A stretch of 64,000 nt of DNA from Macrostomum lignano. Its lineage: Eukaryota. The position numbers were made by a program, and so were the translations under genes. Numbering within the stretch: the stretch's first letter is position 1; each line of letters begins with the position of its first letter. Positions 12,001 through 24,086 of this stretch are shown here, in pieces. The stretch covers positions 186,001 to 250,000 of the forward strand of contig NIVC01001526.1 of the NCBI GenBank assembly GCA_002269645.1, read 5' to 3'. Under the pieces are notes generated by a model, which saw only the letters and a program-made list of their open reading frames with translations, did no database searches and was not told the DNA's origin.

Positions 12001-15000
12001 CACCTTCCCCATGTACTTTAATGAACCCACCACCCTATTCTCCTTGTACTTTAATGAACCCGCCACCCTCATCCCCGTGTACTTTAGTGAACCCGCCACC
12101 CTTTTCCCGTGTACTTTAGTGAACCCGCCACCCTTTTCCCGTGTACTTTAGTGAACCCGCCACCCTTTTCCCGTGTACTTTAGTGAACCCGCCATCCTTC
12201 TCCCGTGTACTTTAGTGAACCCGCCACCCTTTTCCCGTGTACTTTAGTGAACCCGCCACCCTTTTCCCGTGTACTTTAGTGAACCCGCCATCCTTCTCCC
12301 GTGTACTTTAGTGAACCCGCCACCCTATTCTCCTTGTACTTTAATGAACCCGCCACCCTCATCCCCGTGTACTTTAGTGAACCCGCCACCCTTTTCCCGT
12401 GTACTTTAGTGAACCCGCCACCCTTCTCCCGTGTACTTTAGTGAACCCGCCACCCTATTCTCCTTGTACTTTAATGAACCCGCCACCCTCATCCCCGTGT
12501 ACTTTAGTGAACCCGCCACCCTTTTCATGTGTACTTTAGTGAACCCGCCACCCTTTTCCCGTGTACTTTAGTGAACCCTCCACCCTTTTCCCGTGTACTT
12601 TAGTGAACCCGCCACCCTTCTCCCGTGTACTTTAGTGAACCCGCCACCCTATTCTCCTTGTACTTTAATGAACCCGCCACCCTCATCCCCGTGTACTTTA
12701 GTGAACCCGTCACCCTCATCCCCGTGTACTTTAGTGAACCCGCCACCCTTTTCCCGTGTACTTTAGTGAACCCGCCACCCTTCTCCCGTGTACTTTAGTG
12801 AACCCGCCACCCTCATCCCCGTGTACTTTAGTGAACCCGCCACCCTCATCCCCGTGTACTTTAGTGAACCCGCCACCCTTTTCCCGTGTACTTGAGTGAA
12901 CCCGCCACCCTCATCCCCGTGTACTTTAGTGAACCCGCCACCCTCATCCCCGTGTACTTTAGTGAACCCGCCACCCTTTTCCCGTGTACTTTATTCGACC
13001 CAAAACCCGTAGCCCTTCCGTGAGCACCAATTAACACTAGAGAAGCTTAATGGTTAATGGAATTGTTTAAAGCAAAGATAACTTTGAAGCAGACATTTAA
13101 ATCGAATTTCGCAATGAATAACATTTTAACAAAGCATTCTAAACTTGTCACAAACAGTAATATTTATTGTGCATAGAATGTATCTTTAACTGTTTTAGTT
13201 ACTAATCCGTTTTTAATACAAAAATTTAAGTATTAATGATTTGTACTAAAATATTGGTTGATGTTATTTCTTGTTTTTAACTACTACTTTGCCTATTGTC
13301 TACTAAAAGTAATAACAAAGCTTGTTTATTTCAAACCCCACTCTTTTCTTCCTCGCCTGCCAAATTTAGCTGGGCTCGTGTGCTTGAAATCGTGATGGAG
13401 AAGAACAAGCCGCTAAGTCAGCAGCGAATGGCATCCGAAATGCCGGGAAAAGTACATTATGATCAATGTTTTTACCACCCTTTACAGGATTTCTGCACCA
13501 GTTGTTATTAAATTTTATTGTGCCTTTATATGCCTGCCTAGTACTGATCTAAAGTCTGTTAGGTCTGTCTTCAATTATTTTTACGCCCGTAGATTGACGT
13601 TGATTACCATTTGATCTGGCATCTCCCATTGTATCTATGCACTTTACTGTGGCATATAGGATAGAGGTAGGGATAGAGGGGAGGAGTAAGCAGGGATAGA
13701 CAGTGAGGGCTGGGCTGGGTTAGACAGTTAAGGCTGGGCAGGGATAGACAGTGAGGGCTGGGCTAGGTTAGACAGTGAGGGCTGGGCAGGGTTAGACAGT
13801 GAGGGCTGGGCAGGGATAGACAGTGAGGGCTGGGCTGGGTTAGACAGTGAGGGCTGGGCAGGGATAGACAGTGAGGGCTGGGCAGGGATAGACAGTGAGG
13901 GCTGGGCTAGGTTAGACAGTGAGGGCTAGGCAGGGTTAGACAGTGAGGGCTGGGCAGGGATAGACAGTGAGGGCTGGGCTGGGTTAGACAGTGAGGGCTG
14001 GGCAGGGATAGACAGTGAGGGCTGGGCAGGGATAGACAGTGAGGGCTGGGCAGGGATAGACAGTGAGGGCTGGGCAGGGTTAGACAGTGAGGGCTGGGCA
14101 GGGTTAGACAGTGAGGGCTGGGCAGGGATAGACAGTGAGGGCTGGGCTGGGTTAGACAGTGAGGGCTGGGCAGGGATAGACAGTGAGGGCTGGGCAGGGA
14201 TAGACAGTGAGGGCTGGGCTAGGTTAGACAGTGAGGGCTGGGCAGGGTTAGACAGTGAGGGCTGGGCAGGGATAGACAGTGAGGGCTGGGCTAGGTTAGA
14301 CAGTGAGGGCTGGGCTGGGTTAGACAGTGAGGGCTGGGCAGGGATAGACAGTGAGGGCTGGGCTAGGTTAGACAGTGAGGGCTGGGCTGGGTTAGACAGT
14401 GAGGGCTGGACTGGGTTAGACAGTGAGGGCTGGGCAGGGTTAGACAGTGAGGGCTGGGCAGGGATAGACAGTGAGGGCTGGGCAGGGATAGACAGTGAGG
14501 GCTGGGCTGGGTTAGACAGTGAGGGCTGGGCTAGGTTAGACAGTGAGGGCTGGGCTAGGTTAGACAGTGAGGGCTGGGCTAGGTTAGACAGTGAGGGCTG
14601 GGCTGGGTTAGACAGTGAGGGCTGGGCTAGGTTAGACAGTGAGGGCTGGGCAGGGTTAGACAGTGAGGGCTGGGCAGGGATAGACAGTGAGGGCTGGGCT
14701 AGGTTAGACAGTGAGGGCTGGACTGGGTTAGACAGTGAGGGCTGGGCTAGGTTAGACAGTGAGGGCTGGGCTGGGTTAGACAGTGAGGGCTCAGAGAAGC
14801 TATGAAATCCCATATGGAATCAGATGAGTATTTAAAATCGTCTTAATTAAGTTGTACCACAGCATTTTTCATCCAATCGCCTATATTTACATTGCCCTAG
14901 CATTTTTGATGCACATTTTTATGCTTTAAATACATAAGTTTTTATTAACACAATTAATAATCAAAAAAAATTTTCTTTTATAATTTTAGCTATCCGAGAA

Positions 15001-15376
15001 GGATAAGGCTCTGATTAAAGAGAAGTTTAAGGTAAATGTCCTATCGATTTGTACTGAAAACTATATTATTTTCATTTCTTCGTTTATTTTCACTACTTAA
15101 AGTAGCATCAATAGTCAATTTAAACAAAATAAATTCGCGCAGAGCTTCAACGAAGAATTCCAAGCGGTCCACAAGACCCAGGTCAATTACTCGGTGCCCG
15201 ATCCCGAACTCCGAAAGGATCTCATTCGCGAGAACAAAGCTTTCCTATTGGATCGGTACGCCATGTTTCGGGACAAGTATGCCAACGTGCCGTTCACGTC
15301 CAAGAAGGACAAGTACATCAAGTTCACCAAGGACGATGTGGAGCGAATGCTCGACGAGTTCTTTCGCGGAGTCTGA
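1..15376 (+). CDS. EXOC7: Exocyst complex component 7 (Exo70), 5'-truncated by the window edge. Exons <1-140, 2698-2755, 2836-2894, 3986-4103, 4207-4314, 5317-5990, 9457-9555, 13370-13451, 14990-15031, 15143-15376 (stop)
   Basis: All junctions are GT-AG with matching phases. Peptides match recalled Exo70 motifs: LPPDGTVHELT, YSDPALRAIFLLNNYRY, GWARVLEIVMEKN, LSEKDKALIKEKFKSFN, VPDPELR...VPFTSKKDKYIKFT. Confidence 0.93.
165..2604. repeat. 34-bp minisatellite (atgatgagactagtgctcaagatggaagctaatc), ~71 copies, Exo70 intron
   Basis: Period 34 read directly; recurring variants ccaagc and ccaatcataat. Confidence 0.97.
3418..3973. repeat. 39-bp minisatellite (ttctaagccactctacccctcgataatctcagcacccta) with a degenerate 5' edge
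   Basis: Direct tandem repeats ending ~12 bp before the splice acceptor at 3985. Confidence 0.93.
4375..4765. repeat. ~32-bp minisatellite (ttcttcagggcctgcgcagccccgtcctctga)
   Basis: Direct tandem repeats in an Exo70 intron. Confidence 0.9.
4770..5200. repeat. 17-bp minisatellite (ggcagtcaaatgtcact)
   Basis: Direct tandem repeats; explains ORF-track entries 4748-5233 and 4780-5160. Confidence 0.92.
6340..8000. repeat. CT-rich pyrimidine tract including a 23-bp minisatellite (ctctactctatcttctctctgct, ~6520-6950)
   Basis: About 1.65 kb dominated by C/T on the + strand, inside an Exo70 intron. Confidence 0.92.
8680..9116. mobile_element. Possible non-autonomous Helitron/Helentron-type (Lep1/HINE-like) element
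   Basis: Contains caaatttgaagagaatcggt, aagtttggtg...gagcggtttgggagt, a short (GACA)n and tttataggtagagat, an organisation recalled from Lep1/DINE-like elements. Boundaries uncertain. Confidence 0.3.
9170..9350 (-). mobile_element. Dispersed repeat / SINE core copy (acacacgctcacacag.gtgtacag.ggcccttt)
   Basis: The same core occurs at ~18640-18740, ~35645-35740, ~51750-51870 and ~54130-54255. Confidence 0.6.
9706..11008. repeat. Compound minisatellite: a 24-bp unit (cccagtcactcagtatccactcaa) grading into a 22-bp unit (cccagtctaagcatccacccca)
   Basis: Direct tandem repeats; unit switch near 10185. Confidence 0.95.
11470..12975. repeat. 32-bp minisatellite (gtgtactttagtgaacccgccacccttttccc)
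   Basis: Direct tandem repeats, more divergent at the 5' end. Confidence 0.94.
13690..14790. repeat. 24-bp G-rich minisatellite (gacagtgagggctgggcagggata)
   Basis: Direct tandem repeats; explains ORF 13926-14813(-). Confidence 0.95.
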
Positions 15377-15459
15377 TTTTTGACAAGAATTGTAGCTTCT
15401 GATGCTGTAGATTTCATTTTTTTTCGAAATTTTTCTAGGTTGGGTCATCAGATTCTTAG

Positions 15460-16375
15460 TTTCTGGGCCAGCCTCCCAGATCGTCAGTTGCTGAGCCACC
15501 AGCCTCCCAGATCCTCAGTTGCTGTGTCAGTCTCCCAGATCCTCAGTTGCTGGGCCAGCCTCCCAGATCCTCAGTTGCTGGGCCAGCCTCCCAGATCCTC
15601 AGTTGCTGAGCCACCAGCCTCCCAGATCCTCAGTTGCTGTGTCAGTCTCCCAGATCCTCAGTTGCTGGGCCACCAGCCTCCCAGATCCTCAGTTGCTGTG
15701 TCAGTCTCCCAGATCCTCAGTTGCTGGGTCAGCCTCCCAGATCCTCAGTTGCTGTGTCAGTCTCCCAGATCCTCAGTTGCTGTGTCAGTCTCCCAGATCC
15801 TCAGTTGCTGGGTCAGCCTCCCAGATCCTCAGTTGCTGGGTCAGCCTCCCAGATCCTCAGTTGCTGGGTCAGCCTCCCAGATCCTCAGTTGCTGTGTCAG
15901 TCTCCCAGATCCTCAGTTGCTGGGCCCTACCAGCCTCCCATATCCTCAGTTGCTGAGCCACCAGCCTCCCAGATCCTCAGTTTCTGAGCCACCAGCCTCC
16001 CAGATCCTCAGTTGCTGAGCCACCAGCCTCCCAGATCCTCAGTTGCTGCGCAACCAGCCTCCCAGATCCTCAGTTGCTGAGCCCTACCAGCCTCCCATTT
16101 CCTCAGTTGCTGAGCCACCAGCCTCCCAGATCCTCAGTTGCTGAGCCCTACCAGCCTCCCATATCCTCAGTTGCTGAACCACCAGCCTCCCAGATCCTCA
16201 GTTTCTGAGCCACCAGCCTCCCAGATCCTTAGTTGCTGAGCCACCAGCCTCCCAGATCCTCAGTTGCTGGGCCACCAGCCTCCCAGATCCTCAGTTGCTG
16301 AGCCACCAGCCTCCCAGATCCTTAGTTGCTGAGCCACCAGCCTCCCAGATCCTCAGTTGCTGGGCTAGCCTCCCT
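15460..16375. repeat. 27-31-bp minisatellite (cctcccagatcctcagttgctg...) downstream of the Exo70 stop
   Basis: Direct tandem repeats. Confidence 0.93.
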
Positions 16376-16945
16376 TGATCTTGTTGGGAATTTGCATGTA
16401 TATAGACTGTAGGCATCGAAAACAAACACTTGTTATTCTACAAATATATTTATTCGCCATCGTTTTGAATGCTATTTAAACAATTCTTGTTTCATTTGAT
16501 CTGCTCGGTTTATTTAGTCAATTTATGAAGTCTTAGTTGTCTAATTAATCCTTATGTATTGATGCAATTCTTATGCTTATGATAAACACTCAAATATATT
16601 ACATTTTCATTGATTGCCCATTTAGAGACTTGCTGCATTATAAATGCGATTTTTATAACAATAAAATAATTGCTGTCAGTAATTTCTAGCTTCGACTTAT
16701 TTATGATTAACGAAAATCTATGGTAAATATCGTTGAGCGGCATTGAGCCTCGGAAACCAGCTACCGGCTTGATATGTCTATGGCCTCTGTACAATCGGCC
16801 TCGGGGGGGCGGGGCACCTTTCGCCAACTTCAATCAAAGTTCGTGCAATAGTTGGTTAATTAACGAGAGTGCCGCTAAGAGCTAGAAGAAAGCGAATTGT
16901 CGAGTTTGTGTTTCCAATTATTTACTTAATCGAGCAGAAGTCGGC

Positions 16946-19905
16946 ATGACTCGAACCATGGTCCGCCTGCCGGAGCCGCAGGTGCACAGGTACCGGAAGC
17001 ATACCGCGCGGAAATTGCAAAAATTTGAGAAGGCCAATAAAACGCCCTACTTAATGGTGCCAAGATTTTTCGACATGTATCATCCGACAACTACTTGGCT
17101 AATTAACACCGTAGTCAGCGAGAACGAGAAGGAACTCGATCGTGTTCTGTCCGACAAGGTCACGAATAGTCTGCTTCGCTTCGACCCGGACCCGAACGCT
17201 ATTCAGCAGCAGCATACCATGATGAAAGGCAACAAACAATTTGTCGTCACCAAGTCAAAGTACTTCCAGATACTCGACCGGCCGGAGATGTACGACACTT
17301 CCAGTTCGGCTGGTTCTCTGTTCGGACGGCACACCGTCATGTACCTCACGCCGCTGGGGCTGGCCATCTACCTGGGCAAGATGAAAGCCGCCAGGCAGCT
17401 GGTCGAGTGCATCAATAGGGATACCAACAAGAAGCACATTTTGGCCAGGTGATTCTGCCGTCTGTCCTTTCGTTCCCGGTGTCTTCGCCGTCACATACGA
17501 GTAGTGTCTCCATATCCATTCGGTGTCTCCCCTGTCACTCTGTTGTCTTCCACGTCACTCTAATGTCTCCCCTGTCACTCTGTTGTCTCCCCTGTCACTC
17601 TGTTGTCTCCCCCGTCACCCTGTTGTCATCCACGTCACTCTAATGTCTCCCCCTTCACTCTGTTGTCTTCCACGTCACTCTAATGTCTCCCCTGTCACTC
17701 TGTTGTCTCCCCGGTCACTCTGTTGTCTCCCCCGTCACCCTGTTGTCATCCACGTCACTCTAATGTCTCCCCCGTCACTCTGTTGTCTCCCCTGTCACTC
17801 TGTTGTCTCCCCCGTCACCCTGTTGTCATCCACGTCACTCTAATGTCTCCCCCGTCACTCTAATGTCTCCCCCGTCACTCTGTTGTCTTCCACGTCACTC
17901 TGGTGTCTCCCCCGTCACCCTGTTGTCATCCACGTAACTCTAATGTCTCCCCCGTCACTCTAATGTCTCCCTTGTCACTCTGTTGTCTTCCACGTCACTC
18001 TGGTGTCTTTTCCATCATCTCTGTGTCTCCCGTCGCTTTATAGAGTCGTTTATGTTACTCAAGTACCTAACCTGGACCATAATCTAACCCATCTTCAAAG
18101 GCTAAAACCCCTAATATTTGAAACTGTTGCAGACAGCCACAGTTTGTGACCTGCTTCGGTGACCGCTACGGCGATCTAATGTGCATGTACGACCACAACC
18201 TGGCTATGCTATGCGAAGCCTACGATATCCTGCACCTGATGCTCGTGCACAACAATTGGTTCCCAATGGAACCGTTTCGCTTAGTATATAGGAAACGCTT
18301 CGTTGAGACCAACATGTGGTTCGACGATTTCATGGATTACGCTTTTTACATATTGTTTACTAAGCGGAGCTCAATGAACGTGGCTCGACTTGCTAGCGCT
18401 GTGCTCAAACGACCAACAGAGCACTTCAATTTGAACTATCTTTGCCAGCCAACCAGGGCTATGAAAATCACTCTGGTCCGGGATGCTGAAAAGGTAATGA
18501 ATAAGCTGGCCAAATAAGAATGTTTGATGTAAGGCATTCTTGCTGTACATCAAGGGTGTACATGTACACTACAAGCCCTCGTATCCTACTAGGGCCCTGT
18601 GCGAGTTCTTGCCTGCTCACAGCATCAAGTGGGAATATACAAGCGTGCCAATACTGTACTCAGGCATCCACTCACACACACGCTCACACAGGGTGTACAG
18701 CGGCCCTTTGACTGTCTAATCGTCAGGCATGTACACTGTAGCTCGGGAGTCAGGCGCGGTTACCACTGAGCCACTCTCCCCCATCTCGCTAGGCCAGAAC
18801 CCCTGCACACTAGACTAACAGACTGACAGCTGCATTGCAGGTCATCAACAACTGCAAGTCCTATCCGCGCCGTCTTCTCCGAAGCGCCTACTACGCCGAC
18901 AAGAAGTTGAAATCCACCGTCAACTTGATCAAAGCTGCCGAGACCTTCATCAACGAAGGCATCTTCAAGCTGAGCGGCGAACCAATGCTGCCCTTCAATC
19001 CCAAGGAGGGCCGTCGAAAACGTCTTGAAGCCCTGCCGCCGTTCAAGCCAAGGAATCGCGAGCCGAACACCGAGTGGCCCAGCGCTCTGTACGAATTCGA
19101 CTGCGACTGCTGCATCGCCCTGCTGTGCGGCCTGCTGTCCAAGTGCCACCGGCTGGACAAAAAGACTTCCTTCCACGCGGCGCTGCAGTTGGCAACGAAA
19201 ACCCTGGCGGACGGCGGCTGGCTGGATTATTTCAGCCGGATTAGCGACCACGAGTTCCGGGACTACTTTATGGGCATCGACGACGCCGAGAAGTTGCGCT
19301 TCCGGCCGGAGATTTTCGGCTACGTTCGAGAGTGCGTCAAGATCACCGTGTTCGAGAATCGCTACAATTTGGGCGACTTTTTCACCGACAATCGACTCCG
19401 AGCGGAGATCAAGGATGTCAACGATATTAAGAACAATGCCATACTGCAACGCCTGGTGCAGTGCAACGACGACACGGTCACTTTGTACGTCAACTTGCCC
19501 AAGGGTGAGAAATTGAAGCCGGCAGCCACGGTGATTGGCGGACCGAGAGTTCGCGGTGAAGGACGCGACGATCCCGCCAACCGGTACTACATGGACCGGA
19601 TGGAGTTCCCGGCCGAGTCAACCAAGACCATCATGACCAACACGGCTAATATTGAGAAGAAGCAGCACCTGATTGAAGACAACGCCGACGAAAATGACGA
19701 GTTCAGCGCCGCTCTGGCCGTTAACAGCGGTCAGTCGAACGCTGTCGGAGATCGAGACGCCGCCTCGCTGCTAATCGAGTGCGAATCGGACAATGAGACC
19801 GGATCGGCTGATAGCAAAATAGAAAAAACGGTTGCTACGCAGGCTGCTCAAAAGAAAGTTACTAAAAAGGTAACCGTGCTCAACGAGAAACCGACGCGGC
19901 GCTAA
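16946..19905 (+). CDS. Uncharacterised ~640-aa protein with one ankyrin-like motif. Exons 16946-17448, 18133-18493, 18841-19905
   Basis: Three long GC-richer open exons joined by GT-AG introns in matching phases (2, 0). LTPLGLAIYLGKMKAARQLV resembles an ankyrin repeat; nothing else recognised. Confidence 0.8.
17500..18010. repeat. 20-bp minisatellite (cccgtcactctgttgtctcc)
   Basis: Direct tandem repeats in intron 1 of the orphan gene. Confidence 0.9.
18557..18782 (-). mobile_element. tRNA-headed SINE copy
   Basis: Minus strand begins gggagagTGGCTCAGTGGtaaccgcgcctgac (pol III A box), followed by the shared dispersed core. Confidence 0.55.
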
Positions 19906-20322
19906 AAATGGTGGTAATTTTTTCAACTGAACCTCACCTGTCAACTGATTCATTTTGCTCTATTTTGGTGTTTTGTATACCGATGAAACGCAGCAGCACT
20001 TGCTCTCGCAATTCTTTATTGTCCGCTAAGTTTTTACGTGTATTTTTCTCTGAATATCCCTTTATTTACATCCGATCTTAAACAAAAAACAAACAATTTG
20101 AAATAAAACAGTTAAATGGAAGCGATTGCTCGCTTGTTCGTAAAACTTCGTTTCAAACTGGTTAAGTACTGTATTTGGTCGATTTTTTTATGAACTACAG
20201 CACTGCTTCTTGTAAATAAGAGAGGGAATTTGAGCAGAAATACTATTTTGAATGAACTTTGAATCTGTCCGCGTGTTTGATTTGTTCAAACTTTTAATAA
20301 ACTGACAGCGTGCTTTTTGAGG

Positions 20323-20690
20323 GGTCGCCATCATAAGCTCGAAAAATCACATCGTCGAAACAGGGCTCCATCACAAGCTCGAAAAGTCACAATTACATTG
20401 TAGTACAGTACAATAACATAGTATTACGCTGCCCTACATAATTTAAGTTTCGTTTTCACTTAAGAGATAAAAGACGCTAAAGAATTTAACTGCTCTATTT
20501 CGCTTAACCGCTTAAAAAACTGAAAAATAAAACAACATTAGTGGAAGTTTACTTTTTACATAATTTTAATAAATGGCTGCTAAATCAGTTTTCGAGAATT
20601 GGGTTTTTCGAGATTGGTGACTTTTCGAGCTTGTGATGGTGGTTGCTAAACTTTTCGACGATGTGATTTTTCGAGCTTATGATGGGCCCC
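20323..20690. mobile_element. Mutator-like MITE (368 bp) with a 10-bp TSD
   Basis: ~38-bp TIRs (ggtcgccatcataagctcgaaaaatcacatcgtcgaaa / tttcgacgatgtgatttttcgagcttatgatgggcccc) flanked by ctttttgagg at 20313-20322 and 20691-20700. Confidence 0.8.
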
Positions 20691-20759
20691 CTTTTTGAGG
20701 TATAATTATTCACTGTAGCATTCCTTCCCTCACCCCATCCCCAAGGACAGAACCCTTCC

Positions 20760-21130
20760 CCTAGTTATCTAGGACCGACACCCACCCCCAGTTATCTAGG
20801 GCAGACACCCTCCCCCAGTTATCTAGGGCCGACAACCATCCCGTTATCTAGGGCCGACACCCAACCCCAGTTATCTAGGGCAGACACCACCCGTCCCAGT
20901 TTTCTAGGACCGACAACCACCCCAGTTATCTAGGACCGACACCCATCCCCAGTTATCTAGGGCCGACAACCATCCCCAGTTATCTAGGGCCGACACCCAA
21001 CCCCAGTTATCTAGGGCCGACACCACCCGCCCCAGTTTTCTAGGACCGACAACCACCCCCAGTTATCTAGGACCGACACCCATCCCCAGTTATCTAGGGC
21101 CGACAACCACCCCCAGTTATCTAGAGCAGA
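20760..21130. repeat. 27-bp minisatellite (ccccagttatctagggccgacacccac), array 1
   Basis: Direct tandem repeats; same family as 21965-22375. Confidence 0.9.
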
Positions 21131-21522
21131 CACTCACCCCTATAGTTACATATATCTATACATTGGGCTCATATCCTACAATCAAAACAACTTGATCAGG
21201 CGGTATCAATGAATCGAAGCTACGCTCGTACATAAAGTGATTTTGTTTAGCTTCCTGAAAGTTCATTCAAACTTTAACGGATAAATTTATATCCGGCGAA
21301 GGGTGTGCGGCACGCAGGCTCATCTCTGGTTCGACATAGGCAAAATAATACGAGTTATTTATCGATTTACCTTTCAGAATAGTTCTAAAATTTTTGAAAT
21401 TTAAATCTTTTTTTAATTTAACTAATTGATTCTCGCTGATATTTTCAGATATAGCTGATAAAAGTCCAATTATTTTTTCACAGTAGCCATCCTAATGTAT
21501 TAAAAGTTGGCTCACGACAAGC

Positions 21523-24086
21523 TCAGTCGGTTTTGCCGGTCAGTCTAGCCGAAATTATCAAAATGCTCGCAGCCATACCGAGGTTTAGCGAGCCATTGAT
21601 GATGTACAGCATCAGCAGGTTGAAGTCTCCGGTGGACAGCAGGGTTGAGGCTATGCGGGCTGCAGTATGTATGTGCTCATTAAGCTGTATCTATCTATCT
21701 ATCTATCTATCTATCCACCCATCGTACCCACCCGAGCTGCAGGTGAACGCCAGAAGCCAGGTAGCGCCGGACATGTTGTGCACCAGTTTTTGGCGCCATA
21801 AAGTATAGATTTGACGCGACTTGCCCACAGCCGATACGATGGCCAGCGAGTTCTGGAGTTTTTATTTAAATACAAATTAAGACTTAAGTAATGTCATACA
21901 AGTCATTTTTGATTGTAATATTTAGGTCCTCTTAATTGGTTGTCTAAGGTGTCAAACTAGGGCCAACATCCTGTTATCTAGGACAGACACCCACTCCCAG
22001 TTATCTAGGGCCGACACCCACCCCCAGTTATCTAGGGCCGACATCCACCCCCAGTTATCTAGAGCCGACACCCACCCCCAGTTATCTAGGGCCGACACCC
22101 ACCCCCAGTTATCTAGGGCCGACACCCACCCCCAGTTATCTAGGGCCGACACCCATCCCCAGTTATGTACGGCCGACAGCCACCCCCAGTTATCTAGGGC
22201 CGACACCCACCCCCAGTTATCTAGGGCCGACACCCATCCCCAGTTATGTACGGCCGACAACCACCCCAGTTATCTAGGGCAGACACCCACTCTAAATTAT
22301 ATCTAGGGCCGACACCCACCCCTGCAGTTATCTAAGGCAGATACCCACCCCCAGTTATCTAGGGTCTACGTACCCACTCCGACAAAATAAACAAAAAGTA
22401 GCCACTCACGATAAGCATAGTTATTACATTCGACGGCCAATAGCGAAATAGAATGCCAAGTTGGACGCTTAAAAACCTAGAACAGTAAAGAGATTTGGAT
22501 TAATAAAGTTTAGTGCCGCAATAAATTTAGCTAACCTGCAATTTATTGCAACCGAACTTACCCCGCCACATACAGTCCAATGTAAGCTATATTAAATTTT
22601 CTTTCATTAGAAATCAGAAACAGTAGTAGAACAACTGTGAATTGTCAAACAATTTGAATTCGAGTTTTATCTAGTTGCGATTGTGAAAACATGAAAAATA
22701 AATTAACCAAACCTTGAGCAGACAGAAACAGATCTTCGCAGTAAGTAAGAAACGGATATCGCTGTGATGCGGCGTAGTTGCACACGGTTAGAAAGCTGGA
22801 TTTTTAAATAAAATGCGGGAATTACTTGTATCCATGCTTCAATCTCGTATGCGAGGCAGCCTACGGAATGGAGATAAAGGATGAGGCAGCCTACGGAATT
22901 GAGATAAGGGATGAGGCAACCTACGGAATGGAGATAAGGGATGAGGCAGCCTACGGAATTGAGATAAGGGATGAGGCAACCTACGGAATGGAGATAAGGG
23001 ATGAGGCAACCTACGGAATGGAGATAAGGGATGAGGCAACCTACGGAATTGAGATAAGGGATGAGGCAACCTACGGAATTGAGATAAGGGATGAGGCATC
23101 CTATGGAATGGAGATAAAGGATGAGGCAACCTACGGAATTGAGATAAGGGATGAGGCATCCTATGGAATGGAGATAAAGGATGAGGCATCCTACGGAATG
23201 GAGATAAAGGATGAGGCAACCTACGGAATGGAAATAAAGGATGAGGCAGCCTACGGAATGGAGATAAAGGATGAGGCAACCTACGGAATTGAGATAAAGG
23301 ATGAGGCAGCCTACGGAATTGAGATAAAGGATGAGGCAGCCTACAGAATGGAGATAAAGGATGAGGCAACCTACGGAATTGAGATAAAGGATGAGGCATC
23401 CTACGGAATGGAGATAAAGGATGAGGCAGCCTACGGAATTGAGATAAAGGATGAGGCAGCCTACGGAATTGAGATAAGGGATGAGGCAGCCTACGGAATG
23501 GAGATAAAGGATGAGGCAGCCTACGGAATTGAGATAAGGGATGAGGCAACCTACGGAATGGAGATAAAGGATGAGGCATCCTACGGAATGGAGATAAAGG
23601 ATGAGGCAGCCTACGGAATGGAGATAAAGGATGAGGCAACCTACGGAATGGAGATAAAGGATGAGGCAACCTACGGAATGGAGATAAAGGATGAGGCAAC
23701 CTACGGAATGGAGATAAAGGATGAGGCAACCTACGAAATGGAGATAAAGGATGAGGCAACCTACGGAATGGAGATAAAGGATGAGGCAACCTACGGAATG
23801 GAGATAAAGGATGAGGCAACCTACGGAATGGAGATAAAGGATGAGGCATCCTACGGAATTGAGATAAGGGATGAGGCAACCTACGGAATGGAGATAAAGG
23901 ATGAGGCAAATCTTCCAGAGTATCCAGGTAAGCCGCTCACCACCACAGCTCCAAACTGAGTCCAAGAACGTCCAATCCTAGTGTCGATCCGTTGGCGATA
24001 ACTTTACTAACCTGCGGTATTCGCTGAACAATGCACAGCAGAATGACCGCCAAATTTACAGCCTGCAATGCAGCCGCCGAGTCCAT
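21523..24086 (-). CDS. SLC66A3: PQ-loop transporter family protein SLC66A3/PQLC3 (~208 aa). Exons 24086-23941, 22795-22713, 22634-22562, 22476-22410, 21852-21732, 21659-21523
   Basis: Phases are consistent (2,1,2,0,1). MDSAAALQAVN...VQRIPQVSKVIANGSTLGL...LELW; YPFLTY...AQ; SAVGKSRQIYTLWRQK...SGATW; ARIASTLLSTGDFNLL follow the recalled PQLC3 sequence more closely than MPDU1. Confidence 0.85.
21965..22375. repeat. 27-bp minisatellite, array 2 (SLC66A3 intron 4)
   Basis: Same unit and orientation as 20760-21130. Confidence 0.9.
22850..23908. repeat. 30-bp minisatellite (gatgaggcaacctacggaatggagataaag), ~35 copies, filling SLC66A3 intron 1
   Basis: Direct tandem repeats lying between the donor at 23940 and the acceptor at 22796. 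Confidence 0.96.

Noticed and set aside
22703-23965. Overlapping 356-420-aa repeat ORFs on both strands (EIKDEATYGM, LILYLHSVGC)
   Set aside because: Product of a stop-free 30-bp unit; the array lies inside a well-defined SLC66A3 intron.
21523-24086. Calling the PQ-loop gene MPDU1
   Set aside because: The short N-terminus and the RIASTLLSTGDF...LNLG C-terminus fit the recalled PQLC3/SLC66A3 pattern better.
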